From NCBI GenBank assembly GCA_963681965.1, contig OY820579.1, positions 768,001 through 832,000 of the forward strand: a stretch of DNA of 64,000 bases, written 5' to 3'. Source of the stretch: a bacterium. Lineage in GTDB: Bacteria; Electryoneota; JAOADG01. This document shows, piece by piece, positions 48,273 through 59,961 of the stretch (positions are counted from its first letter, which is position 1; every line of letters starts with the position of its first letter). The notes under the pieces were generated by a model, which was not told the DNA's origin, searched no databases, and worked only from the letters and a program-made list of their open reading frames with translations. A program made the translations under genes and the position numbers.

Positions 48273-49802
48273 ATGGCAAATCATCTTGATCGATGCGGCG
48301 GGATTCTGCTACATCCAACATCCTTACCAGGCGAGTACGGTGTCGGCGATATCGGTCCGCAAGCATACCGGTTTGTTGACTGGCTGGTTACTGCCAACTG
48401 CCGGGTGTGGCAAGTACTGCCGTTGAATCCTCCGGGGTATGGCAACTCGCCGTATGCCAGTCTTTCCGCTTTTGCTGCCAATCCACTACTGATCTCGCCG
48501 GAGTTGCTTCGTGACTGGGAACTCGTAACGATCAACGATCTTGCACTAGCTCAATTACCGGAAGGTCGGTGCGATTTTGTCTTAGCGGCTGATGCAAAAC
48601 GCCGGTTACTCGATACCGCTTACCGACGATTTAGTATCAGTAGTAATTTCGAAATATTGCGTAAAGAATTTACCCGGTATCGTGAACAACAGCGATCGTG
48701 GCTCGACGGATGGTGCGCTTATCGCAGCTTGAAAACGCTGTATGGCGGACGACATTGGCGCGATTGGCAAGTAACTCCAGTAACTGCTACAGCAGCGTTG
48801 GAGTCACTCACTAGTCAAATCGAACAAATCGCATTCGAACAATTTCTATTCGATCGACAGTGGGCATTGTTGCGGGATTATGCCGCCGAAAGAGGAATTC
48901 GCATCATCGGCGATATGCCGCTATTTGTTGCCGACGATTCCGCCGATACGTGGTTGCAGCGCGATTTATTCACTTACGGCGAAGATGGTTTTCCAACACA
49001 AGTTGCTGGTGTTCCGCCGGACTATTTTTCCGAAACGGGACAACTATGGGGTAACCCGCAATATCTTTGGGAGAATCACCAACGCGATGGTTTTCAGTGG
49101 TGGATCGATCGCATCAAACGCGTCTTGCAACACACCGACATCGTTCGAATCGATCATTTCCGTGGGCTTGCAGCGAGCTGGAGTGTGGCTGCCGGAGCGC
49201 AAAATGCGATCAAGGGAACGTGGGTCAAAGCCCCCGGTAAAGAACTGCTGGAAGCGGTAAACAATGCATTGGGAGCGGTTCCGCTGATTGCCGAAGATCT
49301 CGGATTGATTACTCCGGATGTTGCCGAATTGCGCGATCGGTTTGCGTTGCCGGGCATGAAAGTATTGCACTTTGCCTGGGGTGCAGATGCCTTTGCCGAT
49401 TTTCTACCACACATGTATGAGCGGAATTGCTTGGTTTACACCTGTACGCACGACAACAATACGACGGTGGGTTGGTACAAGCAGGACGCTACCGAATATG
49501 AAAAGGATCATCTCCGCCGCTATCTCGGCGTATCTGGCGATGATATCGCTTGGGATCTGATTCGAGCGGCTTGGCGATCAGTAGCGACTGTTGCAATCGT
49601 TCCGATTCAGGATGTGCTGGTGCTTGGCGGAGAACACCGGATGAATTTACCGGGTACCGATTCCGATAATTGGAATTGGCGGTTGCTTACAGGACAACTC
49701 GACGAATCGTATGCGATGGGATTAGGTGAATTAACGGAACTCTACGGTCGAACGCCGGAACCGGCATCGTCGAAAATTATCCCGGAAAAATATCCCTTGT
49801 AA
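48273..49802 (+). CDS. malQ: 4-alpha-glucanotransferase (GH77)
   Basis: GILLHPTSLP, WQVLPLNP, GVPPDYFSETGQLWGNP, RIDHFRG, IAEDLG, THDNNT. Confidence 0.96.
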   Translation: MANHLDRCGGILLHPTSLPGEYGVGDIGPQAYRFVDWLVTANCRVWQVLPLNPPGYGNSPYASLSAFAANPLLISPELLRDWELVTINDLALAQLPEGRCDFVLAADAKRRLLDTAYRRFSISSNFEILRKEFTRYREQQRSWLDGWCAYRSLKTLYGGRHWRDWQVTPVTATAALESLTSQIEQIAFEQFLFDRQWALLRDYAAERGIRIIGDMPLFVADDSADTWLQRDLFTYGEDGFPTQVAGVPPDYFSETGQLWGNPQYLWENHQRDGFQWWIDRIKRVLQHTDIVRIDHFRGLAASWSVAAGAQNAIKGTWVKAPGKELLEAVNNALGAVPLIAEDLGLITPDVAELRDRFALPGMKVLHFAWGADAFADFLPHMYERNCLVYTCTHDNNTTVGWYKQDATEYEKDHLRRYLGVSGDDIAWDLIRAAWRSVATVAIVPIQDVLVLGGEHRMNLPGTDSDNWNWRLLTGQLDESYAMGLGELTELYGRTPEPASSKIIPEKYPL

Positions 49803-49821
49803 ATGGTGACGGCATGATAAG

Positions 49822-49852
49822 AAAAAAGGGCGCATTCAGTATGCGCCCTTTT
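49822..49852. terminator. Bidirectional terminator
   Basis: AAAAGGGCGCAT-TCAGT-ATGCGCCCTTTT. Confidence 0.85.
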
Positions 49853-49872
49853 GAATTTCTTGAACGAAAAAA

Positions 49873-50592
49873 CTAGTGCATGCCGATTGCTTCGCTGTTT
49901 GCCGGAACGGCTTTTGAAATCCACGATTTAATCGCTTCGCGTTGCGCTTTGATCGATTTGTCGGGACCGATTGCCTTAAAGAAATAGGGACCAGCAGCCG
50001 TTTCGACGATCGCTCCAAATAACCGGTATTGCGGTTTTTCGGTTTGGCTTCCACCCATCATTGCATTGGCAACCATCTTTCCGGAGACTTCGGCAAAAGT
50101 AATATTTAGCTTGCCGGCAGAAGTACTTTTACTGGTATTTTTATCCTTCTGATCGGAAAATTGACCAAACCATCGTTCGATGTTGGCATCGACTGTGCCC
50201 CCCTGCATTCCCAAATAGAACACGTAACATTCGGCTTCGTCCGGATCGGTACTTGTTTTCGGTAGCTTGTATTGGGCAATGCGCATATTCGATGATGGCG
50301 GTACTTTTTTCCAGCCACCGGGAAGCGCTTTTTCCAACTTATTTAAATCAATTCCCCCTTCGTTTGGTGCCGCGGGTGGCGGTGGAATCGCTTGACCCGA
50401 AGGCATTGCCTGACCACTCGCTGCTGGCGGTGGGGCATTCGGATCGATCGGAGGATGACCCGGAGGTAATTGTTGATTGCTCATCTGATCGGTTTGTTCT
50501 TTTACGATGAACTGCGAATCCTTTGCTTTTTTACAACCCATGAATGCTAACCCCATTAGCAACACGGAAATTAAAATCGTCCGAAACGTCAT
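49873..50592 (-). CDS. Hypothetical lipoprotein
   Basis: Lipobox FMGC; LPPGHPPI; GGTVDANIERWFGQF; YFFKAIGP; GGAG RBS before ATG 50592. Confidence 0.75.
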   Translation of the reverse strand: MTFRTILISVLLMGLAFMGCKKAKDSQFIVKEQTDQMSNQQLPPGHPPIDPNAPPPAASGQAMPSGQAIPPPPAAPNEGGIDLNKLEKALPGGWKKVPPSSNMRIAQYKLPKTSTDPDEAECYVFYLGMQGGTVDANIERWFGQFSDQKDKNTSKSTSAGKLNITFAEVSGKMVANAMMGGSQTEKPQYRLFGAIVETAAGPYFFKAIGPDKSIKAQREAIKSWISKAVPANSEAIGMH

Positions 50593-50891
50593 GCTCGCTC
50601 CCCAATAGCGGTTTGATTTTAGTCTAGCGGTGTTTCCCGCCTGACGATAGTACGAAAAAATGCTCAAAAAATGAAGTGCAAACATCCGAAAAATTCATCC
50701 TCGGCTCTTCGGGATGAATTTCACCAACATATACTCAAATACTTGCGTACTCATAATGAAGCATATGCTCACAACTTAATAGGAATTCAAAATCGGTGTT
50801 TGTATATTGTCATTTCGAAAATTGCCGCTGGATCTGAAGCATTCCAGTAACATCGAAATGAATATTGGGAAGCTAATAAAAGTATCGGAGT

Positions 50892-51377
50892 ATGTCCATG
50901 TTGGAAATCGGCAGCAAGGGTGAATATGGAACGCGCGCCATGGTTTATTTGGCACGTCGCTACGGGCGCGGCTCGACATCGCTTACCGCAATTTCGGAAG
51001 AACAGAATATTCCTCGTCGCTATCTCGAGCAGTTGATCTCGACGCTACGAAATAGTGGTTTTGTACGTGCGACTCGCGGTGCCGCCGGCGGTTACGAGCT
51101 GGCTCGTCACCCTTCGGAAATCAATCTCTACGAAATCGTTTCCGCACTCGAAGGACCATTGATGATTCAGGATTGCATCAATGGGTCGAATAAGTGCTGC
51201 ACTTTAATCGAAGAATGTGCCGTGCGCGACGTTTGGATTGGCATTCACAAACTGATTCATTCCTCGTTGAAAGCCGTAACCCTCGACGAGTTATCCAAGC
51301 GAACTTATCAGAAGAAGCAGGAACGCCTCTGGAACGGGTACACTTTTCCCGTTGAAGCAGCGAAGCCCAGCGTTTAA
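50892..51377 (+). CDS. Rrf2 family transcriptional regulator (IscR-like, Cys-rich)
   Basis: YG.RAM..LA, YLEQL...LR..G.V...RG..GGY.LAR and C....CC....C; heads the suf operon. Confidence 0.9.
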   Translation: MSMLEIGSKGEYGTRAMVYLARRYGRGSTSLTAISEEQNIPRRYLEQLISTLRNSGFVRATRGAAGGYELARHPSEINLYEIVSALEGPLMIQDCINGSNKCCTLIEECAVRDVWIGIHKLIHSSLKAVTLDELSKRTYQKKQERLWNGYTFPVEAAKPSV

Positions 51378-51442
51378 TTGGCGATTACTCTGCGATAAAC
51401 CCTCGACAGATTGTAATCGAATTACAACACGGCAGAACGACA

Positions 51443-51691
51443 ATGCTTGAAGTCAATTATCAAAAATCGATCGGTGGAACGGCTGCAGGAACTGTGCATC
51501 GCTTTCTCTGTACGATATGGTTGCACGGAAAGATGCATCAGGCGTTGCTCGATTTGATCGCGTTGGAAAACGGCTCGATCGAGCGGTACGCACCCGGAAA
51601 GTTGCTCCTCAACCACACCGATTATACCATCCCCGCAATGAATGCGGCAGTCAACATCTTGCGCAAACGATTGACGGAAGCACCAGCGTAA
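51443..51691 (+). CDS. Small hypothetical protein within the suf operon
   Basis: 82-aa ORF filling the Rrf2-sufC gap in operon orientation; weak RBS. Confidence 0.5.
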   Translation: MLEVNYQKSIGGTAAGTVHRFLCTIWLHGKMHQALLDLIALENGSIERYAPGKLLLNHTDYTIPAMNAAVNILRKRLTEAPA

Positions 51692-51749
51692 CCACGCTAA
51701 CCCGTCAGATCTTGTTTAAAAGACCATCAGCAAACGTCTTGAGAAAAAA

Positions 51750-52532
51750 ATGTCGAATTCACTCACTATCAATAATCTCCATGCTAAAATTGCTGGAACC
51801 GAAACCGAGATCCTGAAAGGGGTCAATCTGACGATTCGTCAGGGCGAGATTCACGCGTTAATGGGTCCGAATGGTGCTGGAAAAAGTACACTTAGCACCA
51901 CCATCATGGGTCATCCGACCTACGAAATTACTTCCGGATCACTCGATTGGTTGGGTCAAGATCTAACTGCGATGACCACTGACGAGCGTGCGCGCGCCGG
52001 AATATTTCTGGCGTTTCAATACCCGATCGAATTGGCTGGCGTTACCATGTTCAACTTCTTGCGTGCCAGCTACAATGCCTTGCATCCGGTGGCGGAAGGG
52101 GAAAAACAGGTCGGTGCCGTGATGTTCCATAAACGTATCCTGGACGGATTGAGTTTTCTCGAACTCGATAGCAGTTTTTCGCAGCGCTATTTGAACGACG
52201 GTTTTTCCGGTGGCGAGAAAAAACGGTGCGAAATGTTGCAGATGCTGATGTTGAAACCGAAACTGGCAATTATGGATGAAACCGATTCCGGTCTCGATAT
52301 TGACGCCTTGAAGATTGTCGCCAAGGGCGTCAATCAACTTCGTGGACCCGATTTCGGGGCGTTGGTGATTACACATTATCAGCGGTTGTTGGATTACATC
52401 AAACCGGATTTTGTACACGTTTTGATGGACGGTCGAATCGTTCGGTCGGGTGGTCCGGAACTGGCGATGGAATTGGAAGAGCGCGGTTACGATTGGCTGC
52501 GTGCCGAATCCGAGCAGGGAGTGTCCGCGTGA
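51750..52532 (+). CDS. sufC: Fe-S cluster assembly ATPase SufC
   Basis: [46 protein letters not shown]. Confidence 0.96.
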   Translation: MSNSLTINNLHAKIAGTETEILKGVNLTIRQGEIHALMGPNGAGKSTLSTTIMGHPTYEITSGSLDWLGQDLTAMTTDERARAGIFLAFQYPIELAGVTMFNFLRASYNALHPVAEGEKQVGAVMFHKRILDGLSFLELDSSFSQRYLNDGFSGGEKKRCEMLQMLMLKPKLAIMDETDSGLDIDALKIVAKGVNQLRGPDFGALVITHYQRLLDYIKPDFVHVLMDGRIVRSGGPELAMELEERGYDWLRAESEQGVSA

Positions 52533-53947
52533 GTAGTGAAACCGGAAAAGAAGCGCTGCTCGAAGGAACGGAATCGTACAAGTACGGCTTCCATGACGAT
52601 CAAGCGCCGTTTTTTAAATCGGAAAAAGGGCTCTCCGAAGAAGTGGTGCGAATGATTTCCGCCCGCAAAGGCGAGCCGGAGTGGATGCTGGAATTTCGAC
52701 TGAACGCATACCGTGAATTCATGTCGAAGCCGATGCCAAATTGGGGCAGCCCTCATCTCCACGAAATAAATTTCGACGACATCTATTACTACATCAAACC
52801 GGCAGAACGTCAGGGCGATACTTGGGACGACATTCCGGCGTATATCAAGGACACATTCGATAAACTCGGCATTCCCGAAGCCGAAAAGCAAATGTTGGCA
52901 GGTGTCGGTGCACAGTACGATTCCGAAGTTGTTTACCACAATCTAAAGGATCAGTGGGAAAAGCTCGGCGTGACATTCCTCGATATGGATAGTGGTCTCC
53001 GCGAGCATCCCGAAATCGTAAAAGAATATTTTGGCAAGATTGTACCGCCATCGGACAATAAATTTGCCGCGCTCAACTCCTGTGTCTGGTCGGGTGGTAG
53101 TTTTGTATATGTCCCGAAAGGGGTACAAGTCGAAATTCCACTGCAGGCATATTTCCGAATTAATGCAAAAAACGCCGGACAATTCGAGCGCACATTGATT
53201 GTTGCCGAAGAAGGCAGCTTTGTCCACTATGTGGAAGGGTGTACCGCACCGACTTACTCTTCGGATTCGCTGCATAGCGCGGTAGTTGAAATTATCGTTA
53301 AAAAAGGGGCGCGGGTTCGCTACTCCACGATTCAAAATTGGTCGTACAACGTTTTCAATATCGTAACCAAACGTGCGATGGCATACGCCGATGCCCGAAT
53401 GGAATGGGTCGACGGCAATCTCGGTAGCAAATTGACTATGAAATATCCGGCAGTTTACCTCATGGAACCGGGCGCGCACGGCGAAATTCTTTCATTGGCA
53501 TTGGCTGGTCCCGGACAACATCAGGATGCCGGGATGAAGGTGATGCATTTTGCACCGCACACGACATCGAATGTGGTATCTAAATCCATTGCCAGAGGTG
53601 GTGGGCGATCCAGCTACCGAGGAATGGTGAAAATTGCCAAAGGGGCAAAACATTCCAAGAGCTTTACGCGATGCGATGCGCTCTTGGTCGACGATATTTC
53701 GCAATCCGACACCTACCCGGTGATGGATATTGCCGAGAACAGTGTCGAAGTAGGACACGAGGCAAGCGTCTCGAAGATGTCCTCCGATCAATTGTTTTAC
53801 CTGATGTCACGAGGCTTGAAACAGGAAGAGGCGGAAGCAATGATTATCGCCGGATTCATCGAACCGATTGCCCGGGAGCTGCCCATGGAGTATGCGCTCG
53901 AGCTAAATCGCTTAATTCAATTGCAAATGAGTGGGTCGGTCGGATGA
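52529..53947 (+). CDS. sufB: Fe-S cluster assembly protein SufB
   Basis: [42 protein letters not shown]; GTG start overlapping the sufC stop. Confidence 0.96.
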   Translation: MSSETGKEALLEGTESYKYGFHDDQAPFFKSEKGLSEEVVRMISARKGEPEWMLEFRLNAYREFMSKPMPNWGSPHLHEINFDDIYYYIKPAERQGDTWDDIPAYIKDTFDKLGIPEAEKQMLAGVGAQYDSEVVYHNLKDQWEKLGVTFLDMDSGLREHPEIVKEYFGKIVPPSDNKFAALNSCVWSGGSFVYVPKGVQVEIPLQAYFRINAKNAGQFERTLIVAEEGSFVHYVEGCTAPTYSSDSLHSAVVEIIVKKGARVRYSTIQNWSYNVFNIVTKRAMAYADARMEWVDGNLGSKLTMKYPAVYLMEPGAHGEILSLALAGPGQHQDAGMKVMHFAPHTTSNVVSKSIARGGGRSSYRGMVKIAKGAKHSKSFTRCDALLVDDISQSDTYPVMDIAENSVEVGHEASVSKMSSDQLFYLMSRGLKQEEAEAMIIAGFIEPIARELPMEYALELNRLIQLQMSGSVG

Positions 53948-55287
53948 GCACTACAACCTTGGAACAGACAATCTGGCGACCCGATGAAATTGCGATCGGC
54001 TCGGCATTGAATGAACCCGACTGGGCGATGGATTATCGAAAAAACGCTGCGCGACAATTCGATGGATTACCGCACCCGACCAGTATCGACGAGCCATGGC
54101 GACGTACCGATCTTTCTTCGGTAAAATTCGAGAGCTTTTCCGGCAACTGGGATCCACTGGCTGGTGGCGAGATGGTGGAATCGTTGACGCCGCATGAGCG
54201 CTACCTCCGAGTTCATACCGGTCAGGGAACACAACCACCGCGAGGACATCTATTTCTTTCGGCGGCAGGTGTAACGACAGATATTCCGAATTTAACGGCG
54301 ATGCCGTTGGAACTGGCATTACAGCGATTGCCGCGCGCACAACTGGAGTCGTGGTTGAAGTTCGAACCACATGCCGGATATCATCCCAGTTTACACCGAT
54401 TTCAGGCAGCCGTTCACGCCTTCCGCAATGCCGGAACCTATCTTTATGTAGCTCCAAAAACAAAATTGATTTTACCGATCGGTGTGGTCGCAACGTTGTT
54501 TTCCGAAAACGGTGCACTCTATACCCACAATATCCTTCACATCGGTCGCGGTTCTACTATTGAAATTGCCGAAGAGTTCTTGTCCCCAGCCGATAAACGC
54601 GCTTTACTTTCATTATCATTTACCCGGATTATTGTGGAGCCGGAAGCAACGTTAAAATTGACGTCGTTACAGAATTTCGGCGCAGGCGCTTATCATTTCG
54701 GTACACATCACATTTCCCTGCATCGCGACGCGAATTTCGAATTGGTGTGGGGCGGATTCGGTTCACGGATTGCGAAATCTCGGATCTTTGTCGAATTGCT
54801 GGGTGAAAACTCCTCGGCGAAAATCGGTGGTTTTGTCGCCGGCGCTGGACGACAGCACTTGGATCACGATACAACGCAACATCATGTCGCCCGTAAAACC
54901 CAATCCGATCTGTTGTTCAAAGGGGTGGTGACTGGTCGTTCCCGAAGTTTGTATCAAGGAATGATTGTCGTCGATAAAACCGCGCAGAAGACCGATGCAT
55001 ATCAAAGTGTAAAACATCTGATCCTGTCGGAAACCGCACGGGTTGATGCACTGCCCGGACTGGAAATTCTCGCCGACGATGTACGATGCACGCACGGTGC
55101 AACAACGCGTCCCCTTGATGAAGAAGAACTCTACTACATGGCGTGCCGCGGTCTGTCGCGCGAACAGGCGCAAGAGTTATTGATTGAAGCGCATCTCGAA
55201 CCAATTCTTGCCCGGATACCGAATCGCGATCTGCAAGACCGCTGTCGCGATGCCGTCACGTTAAAACTGATGGGACATACGCTCTGA
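53944..55287 (+). CDS. sufD: Fe-S cluster assembly protein SufD
   Basis: [33 protein letters not shown]; ATGA overlap. Confidence 0.93.
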   Translation: MSTTTLEQTIWRPDEIAIGSALNEPDWAMDYRKNAARQFDGLPHPTSIDEPWRRTDLSSVKFESFSGNWDPLAGGEMVESLTPHERYLRVHTGQGTQPPRGHLFLSAAGVTTDIPNLTAMPLELALQRLPRAQLESWLKFEPHAGYHPSLHRFQAAVHAFRNAGTYLYVAPKTKLILPIGVVATLFSENGALYTHNILHIGRGSTIEIAEEFLSPADKRALLSLSFTRIIVEPEATLKLTSLQNFGAGAYHFGTHHISLHRDANFELVWGGFGSRIAKSRIFVELLGENSSAKIGGFVAGAGRQHLDHDTTQHHVARKTQSDLLFKGVVTGRSRSLYQGMIVVDKTAQKTDAYQSVKHLILSETARVDALPGLEILADDVRCTHGATTRPLDEEELYYMACRGLSREQAQELLIEAHLEPILARIPNRDLQDRCRDAVTLKLMGHTL

Positions 55288-55601
55288 TGTGGACAACAGT
55301 CGCTAAACTGGAAGAACTAAACGAATATCAACCGCGGCGAGTTGTCGTCGATGGCGAAGGTTATGTGTTGTTTCAAAGCAATGAGCAGATTTATTGCTTA
55401 CAGGATCAATGCAGCCATGCCGAAGTCCCACTGTCGATGGGCACATTCGATCGGAAAAGCTGTACCGTGACGTGTCCTCAACACGGCGCTAAATTCGATG
55501 TCCGCGACGGCAAGGCGTTATCGATGCCGGCAGTATCGCCTGTATCGAAAATACCAGTTCAAATTGTGGATGGGTCGATTCAAATCGATGTTGAAGAGTA
55601 A
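55287..55601 (+). CDS. Rieske [2Fe-2S] ferredoxin
   Basis: CSH...L..G and CPQHG..FD motifs. Confidence 0.92.
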   Translation: MWTTVAKLEELNEYQPRRVVVDGEGYVLFQSNEQIYCLQDQCSHAEVPLSMGTFDRKSCTVTCPQHGAKFDVRDGKALSMPAVSPVSKIPVQIVDGSIQIDVEE

Positions 55602-55666
55602 ATAGCGAGTGCTGCCAAAGCTTCAAGACGATATCGGTTATTACTAACGCAAATTGCGAGCAAACC

Positions 55667-56926
55667 ATGTTTTCAACCGAACAACTACTACAAATTCGCG
55701 CCGATTTCCCGATTTTAACCAGTACATTTATCGGTGACAAACCGCTCGCATATCTCGACAATGCCGCATCGACTCAAAAACCGGAACCGGTGCTGAACAT
55801 CGTTCGCACGTTTCTGGAAACCTCTTATGCAAACATCCATCGCGGCGTATACGGTCTTTCGGTAGCCGCAACTGCAGCATACGACGATGCCCGCCACACG
55901 ATTGCGCAATTTATCAATGCTAAACACGATACCGAGATTGTCTTTACCCGCAACGCTACCGAAGCGGTCAATCTTGTTGCTTATGGCTTTGCCCGAAAAT
56001 ATTTGCACCCCGGCGATGAAATTGTTTTAACCGAATTGGAACACCATGCGAATTTGATCCCTTGGCAGCAGGCATGTTTTGCCAGTGGCGCTCGGATCGT
56101 TCCAGTCGAAATTGAGCCGGACGGAACGATCGATCCGGCAAAAGTCATCGCAAAATTCTCACCCCGAACAAAATTACTCGCGATCAGTGGTTGCTCGAAT
56201 GTCTTTGGTTCGATCACCGATCTTGCGCCGATTATTGCCGAAACAAAAAAACAACGGATCGTTGTGTTGGTCGATGCCGCTCAACTTGTTCCGCATCATC
56301 CGGTGGATGTACAGAAACTGGAATGCGATTTTCTGGTGGCGAGTGGTCACAAAATGCTGGCACCATCAGGTACCGGATTTTTATATGCTCGACGTGAATG
56401 GCTTGCACTGATGGATCCGATGTTGTTCGGTGGCGATATGATCAAAGAGGTGTGGATCGACCGAGCGACTTGGGCGGAAATCCCCAATAAATTCGAGGCG
56501 GGAACGCCCAATATCGAAGGTGCGATTGCAATCGCAGCCGCAGCGAAATACTTACAAGCAATTGGGTTGGATAAAATTCACGAACATTGTACCGAATTGG
56601 CGCGCGATGCGGCTAATAAGTTGTCGCAACTGCCCGGAGTGACGGTATATGGTTCGGATAACCGGAGTGGCATTGTTAGTTTCAATTGCGATCTGGTACA
56701 CTCGCACGATCTGGCGAGCTTGCTCGATCAGGATGGCGTTGCGATTCGCGCAGGACATCACTGTGCACAGCCATTAATGCGTAAAATGGGTGTTGCCGCC
56801 ACGGCGCGAGCATCGTTCTATCTTTACAATACCCCCGCGGAAGTCGATGCATTGGTTGCTGCAGTAGATCATGCGATCCGGTTTTTTAATGGTGCTCAAA
56901 CAATTTCAATCCCGAAAATTGCCTGA
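55667..56926 (+). CDS. sufS: SufS-family cysteine desulfurase
   Basis: YLDNAAS.QKP, EHHAN, SGHKM, FEAGTP, RAGHHCAQP. Confidence 0.95.
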   Translation: MFSTEQLLQIRADFPILTSTFIGDKPLAYLDNAASTQKPEPVLNIVRTFLETSYANIHRGVYGLSVAATAAYDDARHTIAQFINAKHDTEIVFTRNATEAVNLVAYGFARKYLHPGDEIVLTELEHHANLIPWQQACFASGARIVPVEIEPDGTIDPAKVIAKFSPRTKLLAISGCSNVFGSITDLAPIIAETKKQRIVVLVDAAQLVPHHPVDVQKLECDFLVASGHKMLAPSGTGFLYARREWLALMDPMLFGGDMIKEVWIDRATWAEIPNKFEAGTPNIEGAIAIAAAAKYLQAIGLDKIHEHCTELARDAANKLSQLPGVTVYGSDNRSGIVSFNCDLVHSHDLASLLDQDGVAIRAGHHCAQPLMRKMGVAATARASFYLYNTPAEVDALVAAVDHAIRFFNGAQTISIPKIA

Positions 56927-56944
56927 TTGAAGTTCGGTATCGCA

Positions 56945-59203
56945 CTATCGGATTAGCAGTAGTTTTCCCGTTACTTGATTTTCTCCGAGCTGAACTCTAA
57001 CCAGATAAATCCCCGACGATAAACCGACTGGTCGCCACGGAATTCGCATTCTGCCGGGCTGAACGCTGATTGTCCGCGATTCGATTTCGCGACCCTCAGC
57101 CGTAAAGAATTTGACGGTAGCCGATCCACTGGTTGGAAAGTCGCAGTTAATATTCGTCTCATTGTTGAATGGATTCGGATACACATTCGAGATCAGGAAT
57201 TTGTATGGAAGAACTGGTGCTGACGGTTCAGTTACACCGTCGCTAAGTTGAATCGCAAAGTCGGCATCGCTAGTGTCGCAGATCGTTGTATCGATATTTG
57301 GAAATACCCGGACGCGGGCATGTTCGGTAATCGGACCGGTAACGCGCCAAACCAATGTAGTGTTGATATCGTGACTGGCGTCGAGTAGCTCCCAATTATC
57401 GGATGGATAATTGCGATTCAATTCGATTCGCGCGGTACTATCGTATAAATTGGACGTCCACGAAATACCGATATTGCGTCCAATATTGTAACGCTGTCCA
57501 CCACTGGGTCGATCGACATGTATCGAAGCCGGTATGATTGAAAAATCGGTATAGCTCATTGCTGGAGCGCTGTTCGGATACTCAACAGACCGAATCCTTA
57601 TCCGGACGTGTGCAGCACTCGCACCGGATACCCGCCAAATTTCACTATTATCGTTTTGAACATCTTCGAAGATTGTTTGCCAGACACCAGTAGGATAATT
57701 ACGATTAATATCGATCGAAACACCACCTTCGGTGACAATTCGATTCCAGCGAATAGTCACTGTTGTGTGCAGTATTAACGACTCGCCTCCGGCAGGTGAA
57801 ACCATCCACATCATCGGTTCGGGATTGATCGACACGTTGGCAAACATCGTGTCGCTCGAGTTGGAGATTGAGGTAACGGCGACACTGGTAACCGATCCAT
57901 CGTACAATCGCGAATTGGGTGTGGATGCATCGGTATATGCGCGATTGTTCGACGTGCCGGGATAGGGATCACCGGCATCGGCGGCAGCGTTGTGCTCCAA
58001 ACTCCACCGACCATCGGCTTGTTCGAGAGCCACGAGATAATTTCCGCTATCCGGAGACTCTGGATACCAAGGGTTGTTTTCCGGTGTCCACCCATTTCGT
58101 TGCTGATCGTCGATGTGGTAGATCATCAAACCGTTACCGGGTAAGGTGCTATCGCTTCCGATACGTTGTCGGTTTTCCATCAGATAATATTGATTGAGGG
58201 TATCGCGGAGCCAACCATTGGGCAATATTCGATAGATCACGGGACTTCGTTCTACGCAGGGAATCGCGAGGTTCCATCGGGTAGTGGTGATGTTGATCGG
58301 ACGTACGAATCTCGCTTCCAAACGCGACCAAGCATCGGGATGAGCCGGCACCGCACCGCCGCCATTCCAAGAACCTCCGGACATCAGCGACCAATCGTCG
58401 ATACCACGCGATGAGTAGGTGTAGTCATAGAGATCTGGCAGCGACCACACCATGTGACCAACTTCGTGGGCGAAAGCACCAAGGTTATCGCAACTCTGTG
58501 TGCGCGAGTATTCACCGCAAAAAGTGAAGCGATCCGCGAGCAATTCATCAAAGCTGAGGAAACGATCATTTACCCAATCCATACAGGTCTTGAAGTCGTT
58601 ATTGCTTCCTGTAACCTGTGCCGTTTGTCCCGCGTGAATGATCATCACGCCGTCGATCGTTCCATCCAGATTATTATCGTAATCGCTGAAATCGATTAAA
58701 CTGTCGGCTACAGCCAGTGCGTCCTCAGCCAGTCGTGCAATGTTTTGAGGGTAAGGACCAAATCCATTTTGACCATTCGCGTAATAGCTGGATGGATGCG
58801 GCATACGCAGCCAACCCAGAGTGGAAGGAAGATTGTTGGTGACGATATGTAAATTATTGTACGATACCTCATCGTAATATTGTCGCAGTGTTCCTCTACT
58901 GGAGGAAAATAACAGGGTATCGTAAAACGATGCGTTGATTTGAGCCGGGCGATCGGAGAAGTCCACTAATATCGCGACCAGATAGAGACTCACTTCATCC
59001 GCAGCATTGGTTTGCAACACTGTTGTGTGATTTCGAAGGCGCATGTTTTCTTGAATCTGTGCTTCCCGCTCATGCTGCAAAAAATAGGGCGTTGCGATTT
59101 CGCCGGATCGAATTCGACGCAATAAATCCGGATGTGGCGGTGTAGCAAAACCAATCGAAATGAAGCAAAGAAAGAGTAACCAAATTATGCTGCGGGAAAT
59201 CAT
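56945..59203 (-). CDS. M6 family (immune inhibitor A-like) metalloprotease with C-terminal sorting domain
   Basis: ILVDFSD, FAHEVGH..LPDLYD, WSLMSGGSWNG, YYLMENRQ, YPNPFN. Confidence 0.92.
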   Translation of the reverse strand: MISRSIIWLLFLCFISIGFATPPHPDLLRRIRSGEIATPYFLQHEREAQIQENMRLRNHTTVLQTNAADEVSLYLVAILVDFSDRPAQINASFYDTLLFSSSRGTLRQYYDEVSYNNLHIVTNNLPSTLGWLRMPHPSSYYANGQNGFGPYPQNIARLAEDALAVADSLIDFSDYDNNLDGTIDGVMIIHAGQTAQVTGSNNDFKTCMDWVNDRFLSFDELLADRFTFCGEYSRTQSCDNLGAFAHEVGHMVWSLPDLYDYTYSSRGIDDWSLMSGGSWNGGGAVPAHPDAWSRLEARFVRPINITTTRWNLAIPCVERSPVIYRILPNGWLRDTLNQYYLMENRQRIGSDSTLPGNGLMIYHIDDQQRNGWTPENNPWYPESPDSGNYLVALEQADGRWSLEHNAAADAGDPYPGTSNNRAYTDASTPNSRLYDGSVTSVAVTSISNSSDTMFANVSINPEPMMWMVSPAGGESLILHTTVTIRWNRIVTEGGVSIDINRNYPTGVWQTIFEDVQNDNSEIWRVSGASAAHVRIRIRSVEYPNSAPAMSYTDFSIIPASIHVDRPSGGQRYNIGRNIGISWTSNLYDSTARIELNRNYPSDNWELLDASHDINTTLVWRVTGPITEHARVRVFPNIDTTICDTSDADFAIQLSDGVTEPSAPVLPYKFLISNVYPNPFNNETNINCDFPTSGSATVKFFTAEGREIESRTISVQPGRMRIPWRPVGLSSGIYLVRVQLGENQVTGKLLLIR

Positions 59204-59961
59204 CTGCCCCTCCGGCGAGTCTGTTGATCAATATCAATATAACTTAAGAAAAAACGTTTCGTAGGTGAGATTAGCTGTTTTCTTAATACAAATAGTGATT
59301 TTAATCGATCATCCAAGTTAAATGATGGATATCAGTCGTTCTGCCCGATCAACTCTCGAAGGTGTTGCTTTTATCACAAAAATCGCGAAAATCGAACCGA
59401 GAAACGATTGCATTGGAATCGTTTATGTAATCATCGATCTATTTTTAAAATACCGGGATCGAAAGCATTTTGTTAATTTATTAATTACTAAATAATTATA
59501 ATAATTATTAGTACCAGCTATTTTTTCCGAGCTTTTTCTATCAGAATTTCACATAACTACGCTATTGATTATTAAAATCTGGAGTGTGAGGACGAATTAA
59601 GCGAGTGAAAAAATATAATTGGATCATTGCGATATAATATTTATAAAAGATCACACTATTTACTTTCAATACAAGTGTTTCTAATTGTCTCCAAACATTA
59701 AGAAATCAGTCTTTTATACCGATACTCAGAGAGGAACCGGTGAAAAATATTCTTGCACCATATATTAGTCGGTCTATGATCTGATAAATTTCGTAAGCTA
59801 TTATAATACAACGTAGTATGTTTTTGAGCATTTCGACGGGCTTGCAAAATTTGCATTATTGGACATAATTAGTTGCTTGTTTTGCACGATCTTTCGTACT
59901 ATAGATAGTGAAAATCGCTATTTCGATTTTTGCCAACAAGAATGAGTAAAGAGGTCGAACG

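Noticed and set aside
59204-59961. ncRNA or mobile remnant in the 760-bp AT-rich gap
   Set aside because: No repeats, strong hairpins or credible ORF were found; best read as a divergent promoter region.
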